A DNA stretch of 64,000 bases from Anthoceros angustus. Lineage: Eukaryota > Plantae > Anthocerotophyta. Below the pieces are notes generated by a model. That model was given only the letters and a program-made list of their open reading frames with translations, had not been told where the DNA came from and ran no database searches. How positions within the stretch are numbered: position 1 is the stretch's first letter; every line of letters starts with the position of its first letter. A program made the position numbers and the translations under genes. Location of the stretch: positions 496,001 to 560,000 of the forward strand of contig VJWM01000016.1 of NCBI GenBank assembly GCA_010909165.1, read 5' to 3'. Below, in pieces: positions 1 to 13,460 of this stretch.

Positions 1-1
1 G

Positions 2-3000
2 TGTGACGCGACTTGCTTGATGGACAAGCCAGACAATCCCGTGTCGCTGTGGTATGGAGTCCGCTCTAAGAGAATGATAGCCCGCTTGCCGCGCTTCACC
101 GATTCTCACCTTCTTCGTCCACTTCACCTTAACACACTCAATCTTCGCTTACACCTATTTATAACGCTTCACCGAACAGCCCGGTGGCCAAACGCTTAAG
201 GACCTGCTTATGCGTCCGCCTGCTCGGCCACTGCTTCTTCATCTGCCTCTCATCGCCTTCTACACTTATCAACCTTGAAAAGAACGCAAGTGGTTGATAC
301 CCAGACCTCCTACGTTGTTCACGGGCCTCTCCGTCCGGCTCACACCCTCCCAAGTACCTCGCCCACACGCTCCGGCCCCGACGCTGGACCGCCGCCTGAC
401 GAACAAGGGTCCTCGCCCTTCCCCGCACACACCACCACACGTTAAGTCCGTCAGACCTTGACTGCCTCCCGAGTCGCCGTCGCCCTGACTCAGACTCATA
501 GCAAGAAGACGCCCAAGGGTCTGCAAGAACGCTGCATCAACACCAAGAGAAAGATATTTTACTAGAGCGGCCTCATTCTTATACTACGCCCAAGGTCGCC
601 TTTATTACACTCTATTCGATGATGGCCAGCCAAGATGCCCTAATCGACGCCTACCATCCTATTTCCTCCCTATCTCCTTCTCTCTGGGCTGGAAGATTCT
701 GGGTTCCGCCGGATGGGTGGTCCAATCTCCGCCCCGACAGCTTGTGGCGCTCCCAATCGGATGATCCGTGAGGCGGGCCTCCTCTCCCGAATCCCCGAGT
801 TGGGCCATGGCCTCGACAACCGCCACATTACGACGCCATCCTCCTCGCCTCCCTGGTCCTCGCCGGTGGGGCCACCGGCCATTCTTCCCTAGCGAAGTCG
901 GGGCTCCTCCTCATCGCTGCAGCCTGACCTCGAGGTCTGCCTCGACTCGAACTTCGTGAGTCCGGCTTATTTCCCGAGTCCCCGGCCTAGGTCCGACCTT
1001 GTCTCGGGGTCCGGACTGTGGTCCGCCTCGAGGTCCTGACTGTGGTCCGGCCTTCAGAGTCCTGACCTCGTGGTCCGACTCGCGCCCTGCTCTTCCCTCA
1101 CGGACTCCTCCGTGGCTCTCCCTGAGTCCTTCCGCTGCTCCCGATCGCCTGCCGACTCCCTGGCCCCTTCTTCCATGGTGAGGTGCGGTGCTTACCGCCA
1201 CATTCGCCGCCCCGCTCCGCCTCCTCCGCTCCTCTCACCGCACTCCGCTGCCGAACAACGCCCAAGGTCCCTGTGGCACTATCCCCGGGCCTTCTTCCTC
1301 GCCTTCCTGACCCGTCTGAAGTCCGCCTCCCGCCGAGGGTGACGTGGTGCCTCCGCTTGAGCAGCCTCTGGTGGTAGTAGGCGGTCGAGTCGACCGAATC
1401 GCCTCCTCCACATGGCCTCGAGCACCTTGCATTCTGCCGCCAAAGGTGCTCGGCAATGGAGTGTTGTTCGCCCATTGCTCGCTCGGCCAGTTTGCCAACC
1501 GCCGGACTTTTGAAGCCACCAAAGCGGCCTCCGACACCTCCTCGCAGCCTTTTGCCGCCAACGCGCCTCCTCCCTTTGTCGTCAGAGCTCACCAATCGAC
1601 CGCCATGGAGCCCAGCCTCCTTCCGCCTCCCGTAATCGGATAAGGAGCCGCTGCCTCCTCTAGCGCCTCCTCCTCCGCTTACCTGCACCAAGGTCCGCCA
1701 CCTCCTCTCCAATCCTGACCGGTATATCCATCCGACCGGCTTCTTCCGCCTTCGCACTGCAACGCCCAACCTCGATAGTCGCCGATTTTCCTCCGCCTTC
1801 GACGGAGCTGGAGGCACTCTATTTCGTGCTCAAGTCGTGGATTCTCCTGCTGAGAATCACCGCCGCCTCCGACGCATCTTGGAGTTGTAGCTCCAGCTGT
1901 CCTGCCGCCCTCCATCTGCCGCCTCCTCTACTGCACTGCATTTCTGAGATCTCCTATCTCCCGAGTGCTGGTCTCCATCTCCCCTTCCCGAGTTACCCTT
2001 GCCTCGCCCATCGCCGCCGCTGCCTTCGTTAGCCCGCCCGCCGACTCTCCACCGGCCCGATCACGCTTGTAGTGATCCCGGCCGACCTTGCCGCGCTTCC
2101 GCCTGCTGCCTTCACCTTAGCCTCACCGGGCTTGGTGTAGGTCTAGCCCGCCGCCAAGTCGGGCGCTCACTGCCGCTCCTCCTCCGCTTCCTCGACCTCC
2201 GCCCCACGTTTGCAGAGGTCCTCAGCCCGGGCTTGGGCCTCTGCTTGCTTCACTGCTCACAGAGTCAAGAGCCTTGGTCCGTCCCGCCGAATCGCCTCCT
2301 CCGCCTCCGCCGCCGCTGCTTTCCTTCCTCGATCCGAGCGAGGGACTCGCTTCCTTGCCTCCGGGCCGCCACCGCCTTGAGCTCCACCATCCTCCTCCGA
2401 GTGGCTCTCCACTTCGGGCCTTGCACTACGAGGCTCACAACATACCGCCCATGACGCTAAGACCCGCCGTGTCTCCTCCACGGCCACTGGGAGATGCCCA
2501 GAAATCCTTGGTGGCGCGGCATCTCGGTCCGCTGGACCGCCATACCACCGAGCGAGTCCTGACTGGTTCTCCGGATCATGTGACCTCAAGTCCTGGGTGG
2601 GTCCGGACTCACCTCCTTGGCCCTCCGGGCCGCGAGCTCCTTTTCCGCCTCTTCTCCCGGGCTTGAGGGGTGAAGGAGTCCGAGAGCTGGTCCCTTCCTC
2701 TCCCTGGAGACAGTGGACGGCTCCGCCGCCTGACCTCCCGCCTCCTTGGGCAAGATCCCTTTCTCGCCTCCTTACAGCACTGCAAGGTGGGTAAGGTACC
2801 GCACCTTCCGAGGTGCCAGGTAGGCGGCACCGCCTTCCGCCTTCTTCGGCTCCCGACGAGTTTGTCGGGTTCGTTGCCGTGGTTGTTGGTCAGCCGTCCG
2901 GCCGGAGCCGCCAACGCCCTTCCCGCAGCAGCCTTCCTCCGTGGCCGGCCGCCTCGAGGGGCACCAAAAGGAGGGAAGGGGAATCTCCTCCCAAACTTCC

Positions 3001-4495
3001 CTAGGTGGCGAGGGAGTCCGCTCCAAGCGATGGAGTCCTAATGCCTTCCCACTGCCTTCCTCCTGACCTCTGCTCGGACCGGCCGGACCTCCGCCTCGGC
3101 CTTCTCCTCCACCTCCCAGGGGCGCCCAACCTTTCTTCGTGGCCTGCCTCCTCACCCTTCTTCAGAGGTCCGCGTGCCCCATACATGGATCAAGAACTGC
3201 TACCGAGGGAGGTGGCTTCACACCCCGCCATGCCGCCTCGATCCGATCCTTCCGTGAATTATCTTCCCCAATCTGGCTGCCTTCCGCAGTCGTGGAGGAA
3301 GACCAAGAGATTATCACCAAGGTGATCCACCTTGGTCAAGATGTTCCAAAGGACGATTATTTTCGCCAACGCCTACCCTCTTGTCCAGAGCTCCGACATC
3401 GCCCATCCGCTCGAGGATCAGTGTCCTCGGGCGTAGGAGGGCCGCCTTAGCCGCTTCCACCTTCCCTTTACCTGTGGGCCCGCACCACACCTCCTACCTC
3501 CTCCACCGGGCGGCGATATCGCCTCGGACTTCCACCGCCCATCTTTTCGGGTCCTCCCGCAAGTTCTCGAGCGACCTCCTTCCTGTTAGCCAAGATCTTC
3601 CGGGCGATTCTCGACCATGGTGACGCTTATCATAGGTCCGCTCGGAAGATGTCCAGTGCCACTCCTGGCCCCCTCCGCCTCCTCGAGCCATGGACCAAAG
3701 TCGTGGTAGCGCCCTGTCACACATGTTGCGCCTCCAGGCCACGCACCACCTCCGACGCTTGGGTGCCATCGCCGTGCGGCCGCTTGTGCCTTGCTCCTGA
3801 ATTTGAGGCGCTGCTCAAGGCCTCCTCCGCTATGCTAGCTCCTTCCTCCGTGAAATCAAGTGCTGCTGGGGACACCTTGGCGAAGAAGAGACTCCGCCAA
3901 AGAGCCGGATGTGAGGGCGAGGAGCGAGAATCGCAAAGAGGTTTGGGAGAATGACTTCCCGCCTTTCTTCGAGAGTAACCGCCACGGAAGGACGCCTTCA
4001 CGTCCGCAACCGCTGTGGGTCCGATGGCTTACTTTGTCCCTACGTTGTTTACTCTAGCCTTACGCCCGCCACTGCACCCGGAGCGTGAATACCGCCCATA
4101 ACGGCCAATCGGCGAGGCTACGGCCCTGCCTCGCAGATGCCTGCCCTCCACCTGTGGCCCACGTGGCGCCGCCTAGTCCGTCTCCTCGACTCAATTCAAA
4201 GTTGCTTTCCCGGCGATTTATCCTGCTCGACCCGAGGGGGTCCGGACTTACTCTGCAGACCAAGGGTATCCGAGCTCCCGACTTGCCCCGAGTGTAGTCC
4301 GAGTTTCCATAGTGGTATCGGGTCCTGTTTACTCCGAGTGGTCCGTGCTTAGTCCGGAGTGGTCCGCTGTTTACTCCAAGTCCCGTCCAAGCGCCATCCG
4401 TGCTTATTCCTCCTTTTCCGCCTTTATTTTACTATTCCAACCTACAAAAACAAACCCCACTTATTTCCTAACCCCTAAGGAAGTCCAGAGCTACA
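2..4495 (-). mobile_element. Giant (~4.5 kb) LTR copy A, probably a solo LTR
   Basis: Inverted homolog of 5218-9783 along its whole length. On the minus strand it starts TGTAG (4495) and ends TCACA (2). TATAAGAA lies at 576-583 (minus). The right flank is TGCGG and the single visible left-flank base (G) fits a 5-bp TSD, but the rest is outside the window. Confidence 0.8.
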
Positions 4496-5217
4496 TGCGG
4501 CCACCATGCCGAGGAGAAGGAAGCCCAATGAAGGAGATGGAGGATCTCCCACCCGCCTGCGCCGAGGTGGAGCAACAAATGTGGAGATGGAAGACTGCAA
4601 GAGACCTCGAGTCAGAACCCAAGTTACCATTGAGAGGAATGGTAATTGCATGGTGGCGTGATCACGATCACTAACGAGAGATAGAGCGTTCACCTGCTGG
4701 CTGACTGAGGAGGTGCATGGGAATGTAGAGGTGACGCCGAAATGGAGAAGGACTGGCGGGCAAGCACCTGGGCAGAGCTGCCACCGACCGGAGAGGAGAT
4801 GGCGGAGCTAACGCCGTAATAAACGGGAGCGAGAGCACCGACGTAAAAGAAGCCGCCGGGTCCAGCTTAAGGAAGGCGAAGGGAGCGCGCTATGGCGGTG
4901 TAAGCCGCGCGCAGCCGGAACGACGGAGTGGAGCAAAGTGAGCAACAAAGCACGGGTGTGAGGTGACCAAGCTGCCCTTGTGGCCTCGCAGATTCGCCAC
5001 CAAACCGACGAACTCGGCAGGGGAGATGGTCCAGTTGTTTACGAAGACGCTCAGCCTCCCGAGCACCAATGGCAGTGAGAGTGCCCGCACATGGAAGAGG
5101 CAATCCAAAGAAATTGACCTCGGATTTTGCCTACTACCACGGAGCTCCTTAAGGCATTGGAAGCCTCACCGCCCGCTACATGGACGGATTCGGAAGGCTC
5201 AAGGGATGAAGGCATGG
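4496..5217 (+). mobile_element. Older LTR copy C, left visible fragment
   Basis: 5100-5217 aligns with B ~8200-8310 (cctactaccacg..gagctcct.aagg). It continues into 9789 once B and one CATGG are removed. Confidence 0.7.
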
Positions 5218-8200
5218 TGTGGACTACTACGGACTTAAGAAATTAGGTAGGGTTTTGTTTTTTGGGGAGCGAAGGATAAAATGAGAAAAAAGGGGAAATA
5301 AGACGTTAGCACCGGACGGCACCGAGTATACCCTGACTGAGTGAGAACGCATTTAGGCCTACGGCGGCAAAGCATAAGGTAACGGGATAAGTCCGACCCA
5401 CCTGTGACCAAGGTGATAAGTACGCCAGGAAAGTAACTTAGAAGATGGGTCGGGATCTGACTAGGCGACGCCACGTGACGTAATTCCCCGAGTGAGGACG
5501 GCATGCCGGGTCAGACCGAACCTCGAGGCCGTCATAGTATTCACGCCGCGCGGATCGCGCGCGCGAGGGGCTGCAGGCACGCGCGCGTAAGGCCGTAGTA
5601 CGGGCAGTCAGAGGGGCCGCAGTAAGCCATGCACTGCGCCACGGACAGAAGAGGCGCCCCGCCGCCGTTACCCCGGCGTGGTCGCAGGAGCGGCCTAGCC
5701 GCCGAGACACCCCGCGATCCTTGCGCCCCGCACCCGCTCGCGGTATCTCGTGGACACTCGACGCTCGCGCGCTCACCGCTGAGGCTCGGAGCAAAGAACG
5801 CAAGAAGGCGCAACGTGCTAGCCTCGGCAAGCTGCCACAAAGAACCAAGGAGGAGAAGGCGATGGCACCCAAAAGCCCGCGAAGTTTGGGAGCCATGGAA
5901 CCTTGTGGAGCGCAACATTGTGACCCGCGCTATCCGGACTTTGGGCTCGCCCGTGAAGCGGGAGAATTGGTGCAGGAGTGGCATTTGGATGTGTTCCAGA
6001 TGGTCTGGACATTTGATAGTGTCACTCTGGTCCGGGAGTTCGCCCGGAAGATGCTGGCGGCGGTCAATAAAGAGGTGCGGTCCAAGAACCTCCGGGAGGA
6101 CCCAAGGCGATGGACCTTGGAGGTCCTGAGGGCAGCCTACAACCGCCCCAAGGAGGAAGAGGGGTGGTGCCGGAGCCCCTCAAGGCGAAGGGGAAGATAG
6201 GGCCGCCACGCAGCCGGCGAAGGCTCGACGCAACGACCACCAACGGTTGGTCGATATCCGACCGCTGACCCGAAGGGCGGTGGCCCGGATCATTGTCCAT
6301 CGAACCTACTCACCAAGGTGGATCACCTTGGTGATAATCTATTGGTGTTCCCGCACGCAATGGGGAAGAGGGCGGACTGGGAAGGATTATCTTCGCCGGC
6401 TTAGCTGAGGCTCGCAAGCTCAGACCTTCGCCATCTGGGCCGCCCCATACCGATCCATGTATGGGGGCATTTCGAGCCCCTCAAGGAAGGAGAGCTTGAG
6501 CGAGCGCCCGAAAGGACCGAGGCCCCGCCAAGTGGAGCGGCAAGGGCGCCGAGGGAGGAGGCCTCGCCGAAAACCAAACGGACTCGGGAGGAGGACGATC
6601 GAGGATTCCTGACTCCATACGCCCTGAACGGACCCCTCACCACCTGTGGAAGTATGGGGAAATTCCCGCCTCCTCCTTCCGTGCCCCAACCAGGGGCCAC
6701 CAGCAGAAGGCCCCCGACCCCAGCACCGCCATCACTCCTACCGAGGAGCCCACGACTGTGAGAGCCAAGAGACGCAAGACCTACCAACGCTGCACCCTGG
6801 GCCGGTGCCAAGACTCTTCCCCGACGGAGTGGCAAGAAGTGAGGAAGAAGGAGGGCGTAGGGACGCCTGTGGAGGAGGACACCGCGCAGCCTGTGATCCA
6901 GAGCCGTCCGCCGGCTGTGAAGGGGCAAAGGGCGTGCCCTGACTCCATCACCTCCGCCGAGCCCCGTGGAGGAAAAGGGCGAGAAGGAGCTCGCGCCAAA
7001 AGGGCCAAGGAGGGGAAGCTCGACACCACTCAGACCTAAGGGTCCCGATTGTCCGAGAACCCACCGACTTGCTCCCGGATCGGTATGGAGGTCCTCGACC
7101 GTGAGATGCCCCTCCACGGACTTTGTGGGAGCTCACTCAGAGGCCGTGGAAGAAACACGGCGAGGTCCCGCCATGGATGGAATGCCTGGGACCTGTGGGG
7201 ATGGCCGAGAAGACCTGGAGGAGGCCACCCGGAGGATGGTAGCTCAGGCCGTAAAAGGCCTGTGAGGAGAAGGAAGGCAAACCTGGCTGATTGAGGAAGG
7301 AAACGCCGGAGGCGAGAGGGAGGTCCGTCCATCCGAGGACCGACAAATTCCTTCACCGGAGGCCAAGCGGCCAAGGAGGCCCAAGCGCGGGCGAGGACCT
7401 CCGCAGAGAGGCGAGCGCAGAGAGGCAAGAGGCCCGAGCGCGAAAGCTGGATCGCGAGGCGCCTGACGACCAGAGCTGCGAGAGGCTCAGAAGTGAAGGT
7501 GGCCACGGAGGCGGAGGCCGATCGCGATCACTACCCGGTGATCGAACCGGAGGAGGCCGAGAGCCACGCGCCAACTCAAGGCCGAGCAAGTGCATGAGCA
7601 AGCACCTCGAGCCGTGAGGAGGCATCGAGGCCAAGACCCGGGAGATTGGGGACCCTGTGGTGCACTGCAGGAGGTAGAAGGGCGCCAGGAGCCGGAGGAC
7701 AAGGACACCTTGGAGTTGCAACCCAAGATGCACGGAGGCAGGGGTTCTCAACGAGAGAATCCAAGACTTCGAGCGAGAGGTAGAACGCCCAGCCCGCTTG
7801 AAGACGGAGGAGAATAGGCGACTGCAAGGAGTTCGACGCCGCAAGGTTGCAGCAGGATGTGGAGGAAGCTGAGCCTGACGGGATACCGCCCGCCCGGAGA
7901 AGGAAGTGGACCTCCGGAAAGAATAGACGAGGGAAGAAAGCACCGGAGGAGAGGCCAGCTTGCTCGTCCGGCAGGAAGGAGGAGCTACCCATGGCCCGCA
8001 AATCAAGTGAGCCGGAACAACGACGGAGGAGGAGAACGCCGAGCAGCCAAGGTTGCAAGAGGTAATCTGAGGCAGCCTTGACGGCCTCAAGGGAGTCCGC
8101 CTACCACATGTAAGCTTGGCCACGGAGACGCCAACAGTCACGATCGCCTGCCGAGAGCACCTCGAGGAGGGAGTACCGGTGCTCCGGCTCATGTAGAGGA

Positions 8201-9783
8201 GGCCCAAGAAGTCGATTCCGACTCGCCTACTACCACGCAGAGCTCCTCAAGGCTCTGGAGGTCCTGCGCCACCCTAGGCAGGAGGGTGGACTTCCAGAAG
8301 GGATGGAAGGAGGAGCGAGAGAGGACGGACCCGGGGACAGCACAACCACGGGAGTCCTAGGAGCGCTGTTTGATGACGGCAGCAGCAGCGGCGAGGGAGA
8401 GCAGCGGGAGGAACCGGGAGGAGGAAGGGTCGCTACACCGGAGGTAAGCACTCGGCACCCTCGCATGGAAGGAAGAGGGGAGGATCTTGGAGAGGAAGGG
8501 GAAAGGGTGCAACCGGGCATTCGGGAACCAAGGGAGGGCTCAGTAGATGAACCCGTGACCAGCCCGGTGAGGAGGCATGCCCAGGAGCCTGAGGGTCCGG
8601 ACTTTGTCCGGACTCCTGAGGAAAGGCCGGATCCCGAGGTCCGCCTCAAGGAAGTCCGACTTAGGGATCCAGACTCAGACGATGATCCGGACCCGAGGTC
8701 CGGACCCGGAGGAAGGGTTGGGTCCAAGACCGACCTCAGAGGCAAGTCCGGCCCCGAGGACCTGACTGAAAGAAGGCCGGGCCAGAGAGACCGGACCTCA
8801 GAGGGAAGACTGACCTAGAGGTCCGGACCCCGAGTCGAGACAGGGTCCCGAGGTCCAAACTGGAGGAGAGCCACCACCACCCCAAGCAGATCCACTTGAG
8901 GGCCCACCGCAGGGCCCGCCAGAGAGAAGAGGGAGGACGAGGAAGACTTGGTGGTGATCGCTGTCGCCGCCGCCACGGTGGCGCACCGCACCCTGGAAGA
9001 GGAAGGGTCCGCCTCGCGGATCATCCGATTTGCGCCTGCACATGTGGCTCTTTGGCCGCCGTGCCAAGAAGGAATCAGGGCTATCCCACCACCACCGACC
9101 GATAGGCGGAATAGGGAGGATAGTAGGCTGGTTAGGCACCGAGCCGGGCCCTCAGTAATAGAGGTGTAATAAAGGCGCGACCCTATAGTATAAGAGGGCT
9201 AAGGCCGCCCAATAAATCATCTTCTCTTGGTGTTGATGCCGCTGCTGCACCTTGTGTGTCTTCTTGCTAACGTGAGTCCCGAGTCACCGAAAGGTGCACG
9301 CCCGGGAGATTGACTGTGGTCCCGTGACGACCTAACGGTTGTGGTGTGTGCAGGAGGGTGATCGGTGACCCGTCCCGAGCCGCACCAAAGACCGAACGGA
9401 CTGAACGTGGTGAGCCGGAGGAACTCCGGAGGGCGGCAGAGTCTTGACGAGAGGCCCATGAACGACGAGGAGGTCCGGATCAGGTAACCCGGCTTTTCCC
9501 TAAGACCGATGAGAGTGTAGCGTGAGTGGAGAGAGGAAAGGACCGAAGTGTGAGTGATTTAACGAACGATACGGACGCGAACGGTCCCTAAACGCTTGGC
9601 CATACCGGCCTCAGACGGTGAACGCTATAGTAGTTAGCGATGCGCTGAGGCCGAACGAGCGCAAAGTGAGGTAAGAATCACCAAACGCTGCAAACGGAGC
9701 CTATCATTCCTTGGGAACGGACTTCTTCCCACAACGACACGGATCAGGCGCGCCTATCATTATCGGGGCCAAGTCGCGCCACA
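5218..9783 (+). mobile_element. Giant (4566 bp) solo LTR copy B with internal degenerate ORF
   Basis: Termini TGTGG...CCACA. Perfect 5-bp TSD CATGG at 5213-5217 and 9784-9788. TATAAGAG at 9189 followed by AATAAA at 9211. No gag/pol motifs seen inside. Confidence 0.88.
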
Positions 9784-9788
9784 CATGG

Positions 9789-11105
9789 GGCTGTGCACGG
9801 GACCCTAGTGGCCCTGCTTGGAGACGACGGCAATGGGGAGAAGAGCCTGTGGAGGAACAGACGCCAATACAACTGATCTCAGTAGTCCACCGCAACCCCG
9901 GCCGGAGGATAGAGGCGGGGCCCCGGAAGGCGCTGAAGGAGGAGAAGCCAACCCACTCCAAGACAAGGGCCTGGGTAGGGATGAGGGCCGTCAAGAAGAG
10001 GTCCTCAGTAAGGGGTCCGGAGTTTGGGGACCGACCAGAATAAAAGTTCTGACCCCGAGGTCCGAACTCAGAGATGACCGACTCGCACTCGACTCAGAAA
10101 TAAGGTAGACTCAAGTTCAGATTCTGGAGTCGAGACCGACCCCGAGGTCCGGACTGTGAAGGCTCTCCCGACTTCACTGGGGAGGCCAATGGTCTCTACC
10201 GTGAGGGACCCATCAGGTGGGGAAGACGCCAGGTAACGGGCGTCGCCGACCGCCCAGAGCCCAACCCCGGCTGTGATTCCGGGAAGAGGAAGGTCCTACC
10301 GGATCATCCGACTGGTGCGCCTGCGAACTCAGACGAGAGATTGACCACTCAATACCGAGACGTGAACCCGTGACCTTCCCAGCCCACCAATGCATGGAGA
10401 TAGGAGGGAGGAATAGGATGGTAGGTGTCGACATGCATCGAAATGGGCACCACTTTAATAGGGGTGGCACAAAGACGACTTGGGGTAGTATAAGAGGGCC
10501 GAGGCCGTAATAAATCATCTTCTTGGTGTTGATGCTGCTTGCACTCTTGTGTCTTCATGTTAACGCGAGTCCCGAGCTGCTGAGCGTGCACGATGTACCC
10601 GGGAGATCGATCAAGGTCCCGTGACGGACCCAACGTGGTGGTGTGTGCAGGAAGAGCGATTGGGGACCCGTGTTCGCCCAGAGCAGCCTGGCCGAGCCGG
10701 ACCCCTGGTGGAGCCGGAGGAACTCCGGAGGGCGGCAGAGTCTTGATTTTGAGAGGCCCGGCCGAGCAACGGGAGGAGGTCCGATCGGTAGCCACTTAAG
10801 CAGTTTCTTTCCAAGGTTGATGAGCGTAAGGAGAGTGATGAGGGGAATGACTAAAGGGACGAGTGACGTATGGAAACGATACTACGCAAACGGTCTTAAA
10901 CGCTTGGCTACACCGGCCCGTTTCCTGCGGAACGTTATGAGAAGTTAGATGCAAAACGCATTTACTGCGTAAGCAGTTGAGCGGACGAAGGCAAGGATCT
11001 GGCAAACGCTGCAAACCAGCTTATCATTCTCCTGAACCCGACTCTTACTACAACGACACTGGATTGTGCGCCTCTCACCGACCATCGTACCAAAGTCGCA
11101 CCACA
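9789..11105 (+). mobile_element. Older LTR copy C, 3' part
   Basis: Homologous to B ~8330-9783. It has TATAAGAG at 10489, AATAAATCATCTTCT, and ends AAGTCGCACCACA at 11105. Confidence 0.78.
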
Positions 11106-12345
11106 CCCCTGCATATGTTCTTATCTTTACTTAGCCCTCATCTTTTTCTAGTGGTTAAAACTTTGAACTAGTAGTGAGAACCTTTGCACCTTTGAATCTT
11201 GAGACGCTTTGGGGCCGAGCAATGCACTATGCCACTCCCATTCCGTGATCGCGACGTGATCAAGAGCATCAGTCAACGAAGATATTATTGTCCTAACAAG
11301 TTCCGGCAGAAACAAAAGTCTGGCAGAAAATCTCAGGAGCGAGAGTATACCTCTGGGATGTAGAGCAAGCCCTAAAAACTCGAAACGCGTTTGTAAAGGC
11401 CCACACCGGCAACTATTTAGATGTAAAGGCGCCGCATAAGTTTGGCGCATACAATTTCCGCGGCTCCAGCCTGGTTCACTTGAAAGAAAAGCCTAATCCG
11501 AGAATCTGGGACTTTAGGTTTTGCCGCGTACTTTGCACCCAGCATACCCATAATCTCAAATAACGTGACTGTCAAAACAATTATTCAAAAGGTTGGTGTA
11601 AGGATGACATATCCTGGTATAAAATACCAAAAGGCACGATGAGAAAAGTGCGGATTTTTCTGCAAAGTGCAAAAGGGGTCCCGCCACGCCGCGCAAGTGT
11701 GAAAAAAGGTTTTGCGTGAGAAACCCTTTCACATGTGAGCGGTAAGTTTCTTTCATCCCCGCTGATGTCGCACTGGCCACATCACTAGGGACTAATTCAG
11801 CCGCTATTCACTGAAAGAAGCGCCTCTGCACTTCACAAGCAAGCCCAAATAGACCGGGACAGTGACCGCACTCAAGGCTTCCATATAAGCACCTTTTTTT
11901 CTAAGTTTAAGCCATCAAAGGTGATCTCTCGACTTGCGTTGGCCACCATGGCCACTCGCTGTTGTACTAGGCACCCTGTGTTCGGCTTTATCCTCACACC
12001 TGTTGGCCATGTCATTCCACCCATAGAATCACCACCACGTTCTCGGACATGCATCCATCACTGGCCACTTGTTTGAACCTCGAGATTTCACTCCCAAATC
12101 ACAAAGGCTCACGACAGGAATTTCCATAGCAGTCTTGTCCGCAACAGCAGGCTCTCAGAATCGTGTCGGCCAGGCTCATTGCCCTCACCATCCAAACACC
12201 GCTCTGAACGCACTTTGGCATTCTTGGTTGGGTCATGCGCCTCTACCACCTTCCCAAATGATCCCCTCGCACCCCGGATCGCTGTCATGCTTCTTGGCGC
12301 CTCAATCTGTCTCTCTAATCTCCTACCGCCAAGGCATATAACCCC

Positions 12346-13046
12346 TTAAGAGTCCGAGTCTTTCTTGGGTTCTTCTTCATAGCACATAGTCATGCTTCCT
12401 TGAGCTCTCAGCCGCCTCTTCTCGTAGCTCATGGCCCAAGGAGCTCCTTCATGTGTGTCCCGCCTTTGTTTTTGATTTTTCTGCATCCTTAGCAGACTCC
12501 TTTGCTTCTCCATGAAATATATGCACAACGTCAACAACTTTTCTACATTGTCTGTACCATTGCTTGAGTCATAATGAAAATTTCTTAGAGCTTCCCTCAT
12601 GGTCTTCACACCAATATCAGCCTATCAATCTCCATTTTCGTATAATAATAACTCTCAACCCGGGACGAGAGGAAAAATGAGACAATTCCTGACTTTTCTC
12701 TGAAGAAGAACTCGGAAACATCTCCTTGAATTTCTCAAAAACCAAGTTTACCAAATAGTCTATTGGCATCACTTCTTCTTCCGTAGTCTCCTATGTAGAT
12801 TCTCTCTGCATCCACTGGCGGCTTCATTCTTTGCCTCATGTGCGCTCGGCGGGCATAATCCTTTGCCTCCTCCAGGATTTCTTCCTTTATCTCCCTATAG
12901 CACATCAACGCTTCACCTACGAGGTAAGTACTCATCTTTCGGAATGCCATCTCAGCTGAAAACTGCTCCTTGTCTTCGAGAAAAGCTCGATTTGTAGGTT
13001 GTTTTTCATCAAAGGAGGAACATCTTTGGCGATGTCCCATGGTCAA
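12346..13046 (-). pseudogene. Possible retrotransposon gag-like remnant
   Basis: Broken ORFs with RAFLEDKEQF...STYLVGEALMCY, loosely like a gag N-terminal helix region. Weak match. Confidence 0.25.
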
Positions 13047-13134
13047 CTGGTAACAATGTTGTGACAGTCTATGATAACCTAGAATCCCGCCACTACACTG
13101 TCCAACGGGAACTGCTGTCTTGGAGTAAAAACTA

Positions 13135-13460
13135 TTAGAATAAAGTATTATTTAAAATGAGTGGTCTAGTCACATAGTATCATTTACATAAAATATTATT
13201 ATGGAATTAGTGGTATAGTACTATTTCTATAGAGTACTATTCTGGGTTAGGTTCCTAATTAGTATAGTGTGCTCCCTTATATATATAAAGAAAGGCCTTT
13301 GAAAAGTATTACAAATAGTAAAACCGAATAGAATAAAGTATTATTTAAAATGAGTGGTGTAGTCACATAGTATCGTTTTACATAGAATACTATTCTGAAA
13401 ATTAGTGGTGTAGTCACATAGTATCATTTTACATAGACTACTATTATGGGTTAGGTTCCC
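13135..13460. repeat. AT-rich degenerate tandem repeat (~190-bp unit with AGTGGTGTAGTCACATAGTAT subunits)
   Basis: tagaataaagtattatttaaaatgagtgg occurs at ~13136 and ~13329. The agtggt.tagtcacatagtatc motif recurs. Confidence 0.75.

Noticed and set aside
600-9200. Numerous overlapping Arg/Pro/Ser-rich ORFs on both strands
   Set aside because: Expected by chance in GC-rich repeat DNA. Only the motif-bearing sense frame is considered meaningful.
2-9783. One large element with inverted terminal repeats (DIRS or foldback)
   Set aside because: B has its own TG..CA ends and TSD, and the spacer is part of a third copy, so these are independent insertions.
13091-13125. CACTA terminus, or left TIR of the MULE
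   Set aside because: No matching TAGTG end or TSD found, and similarity to the 35.6-kb motif is too weak. It does mark an abrupt shift to AT-rich sequence.
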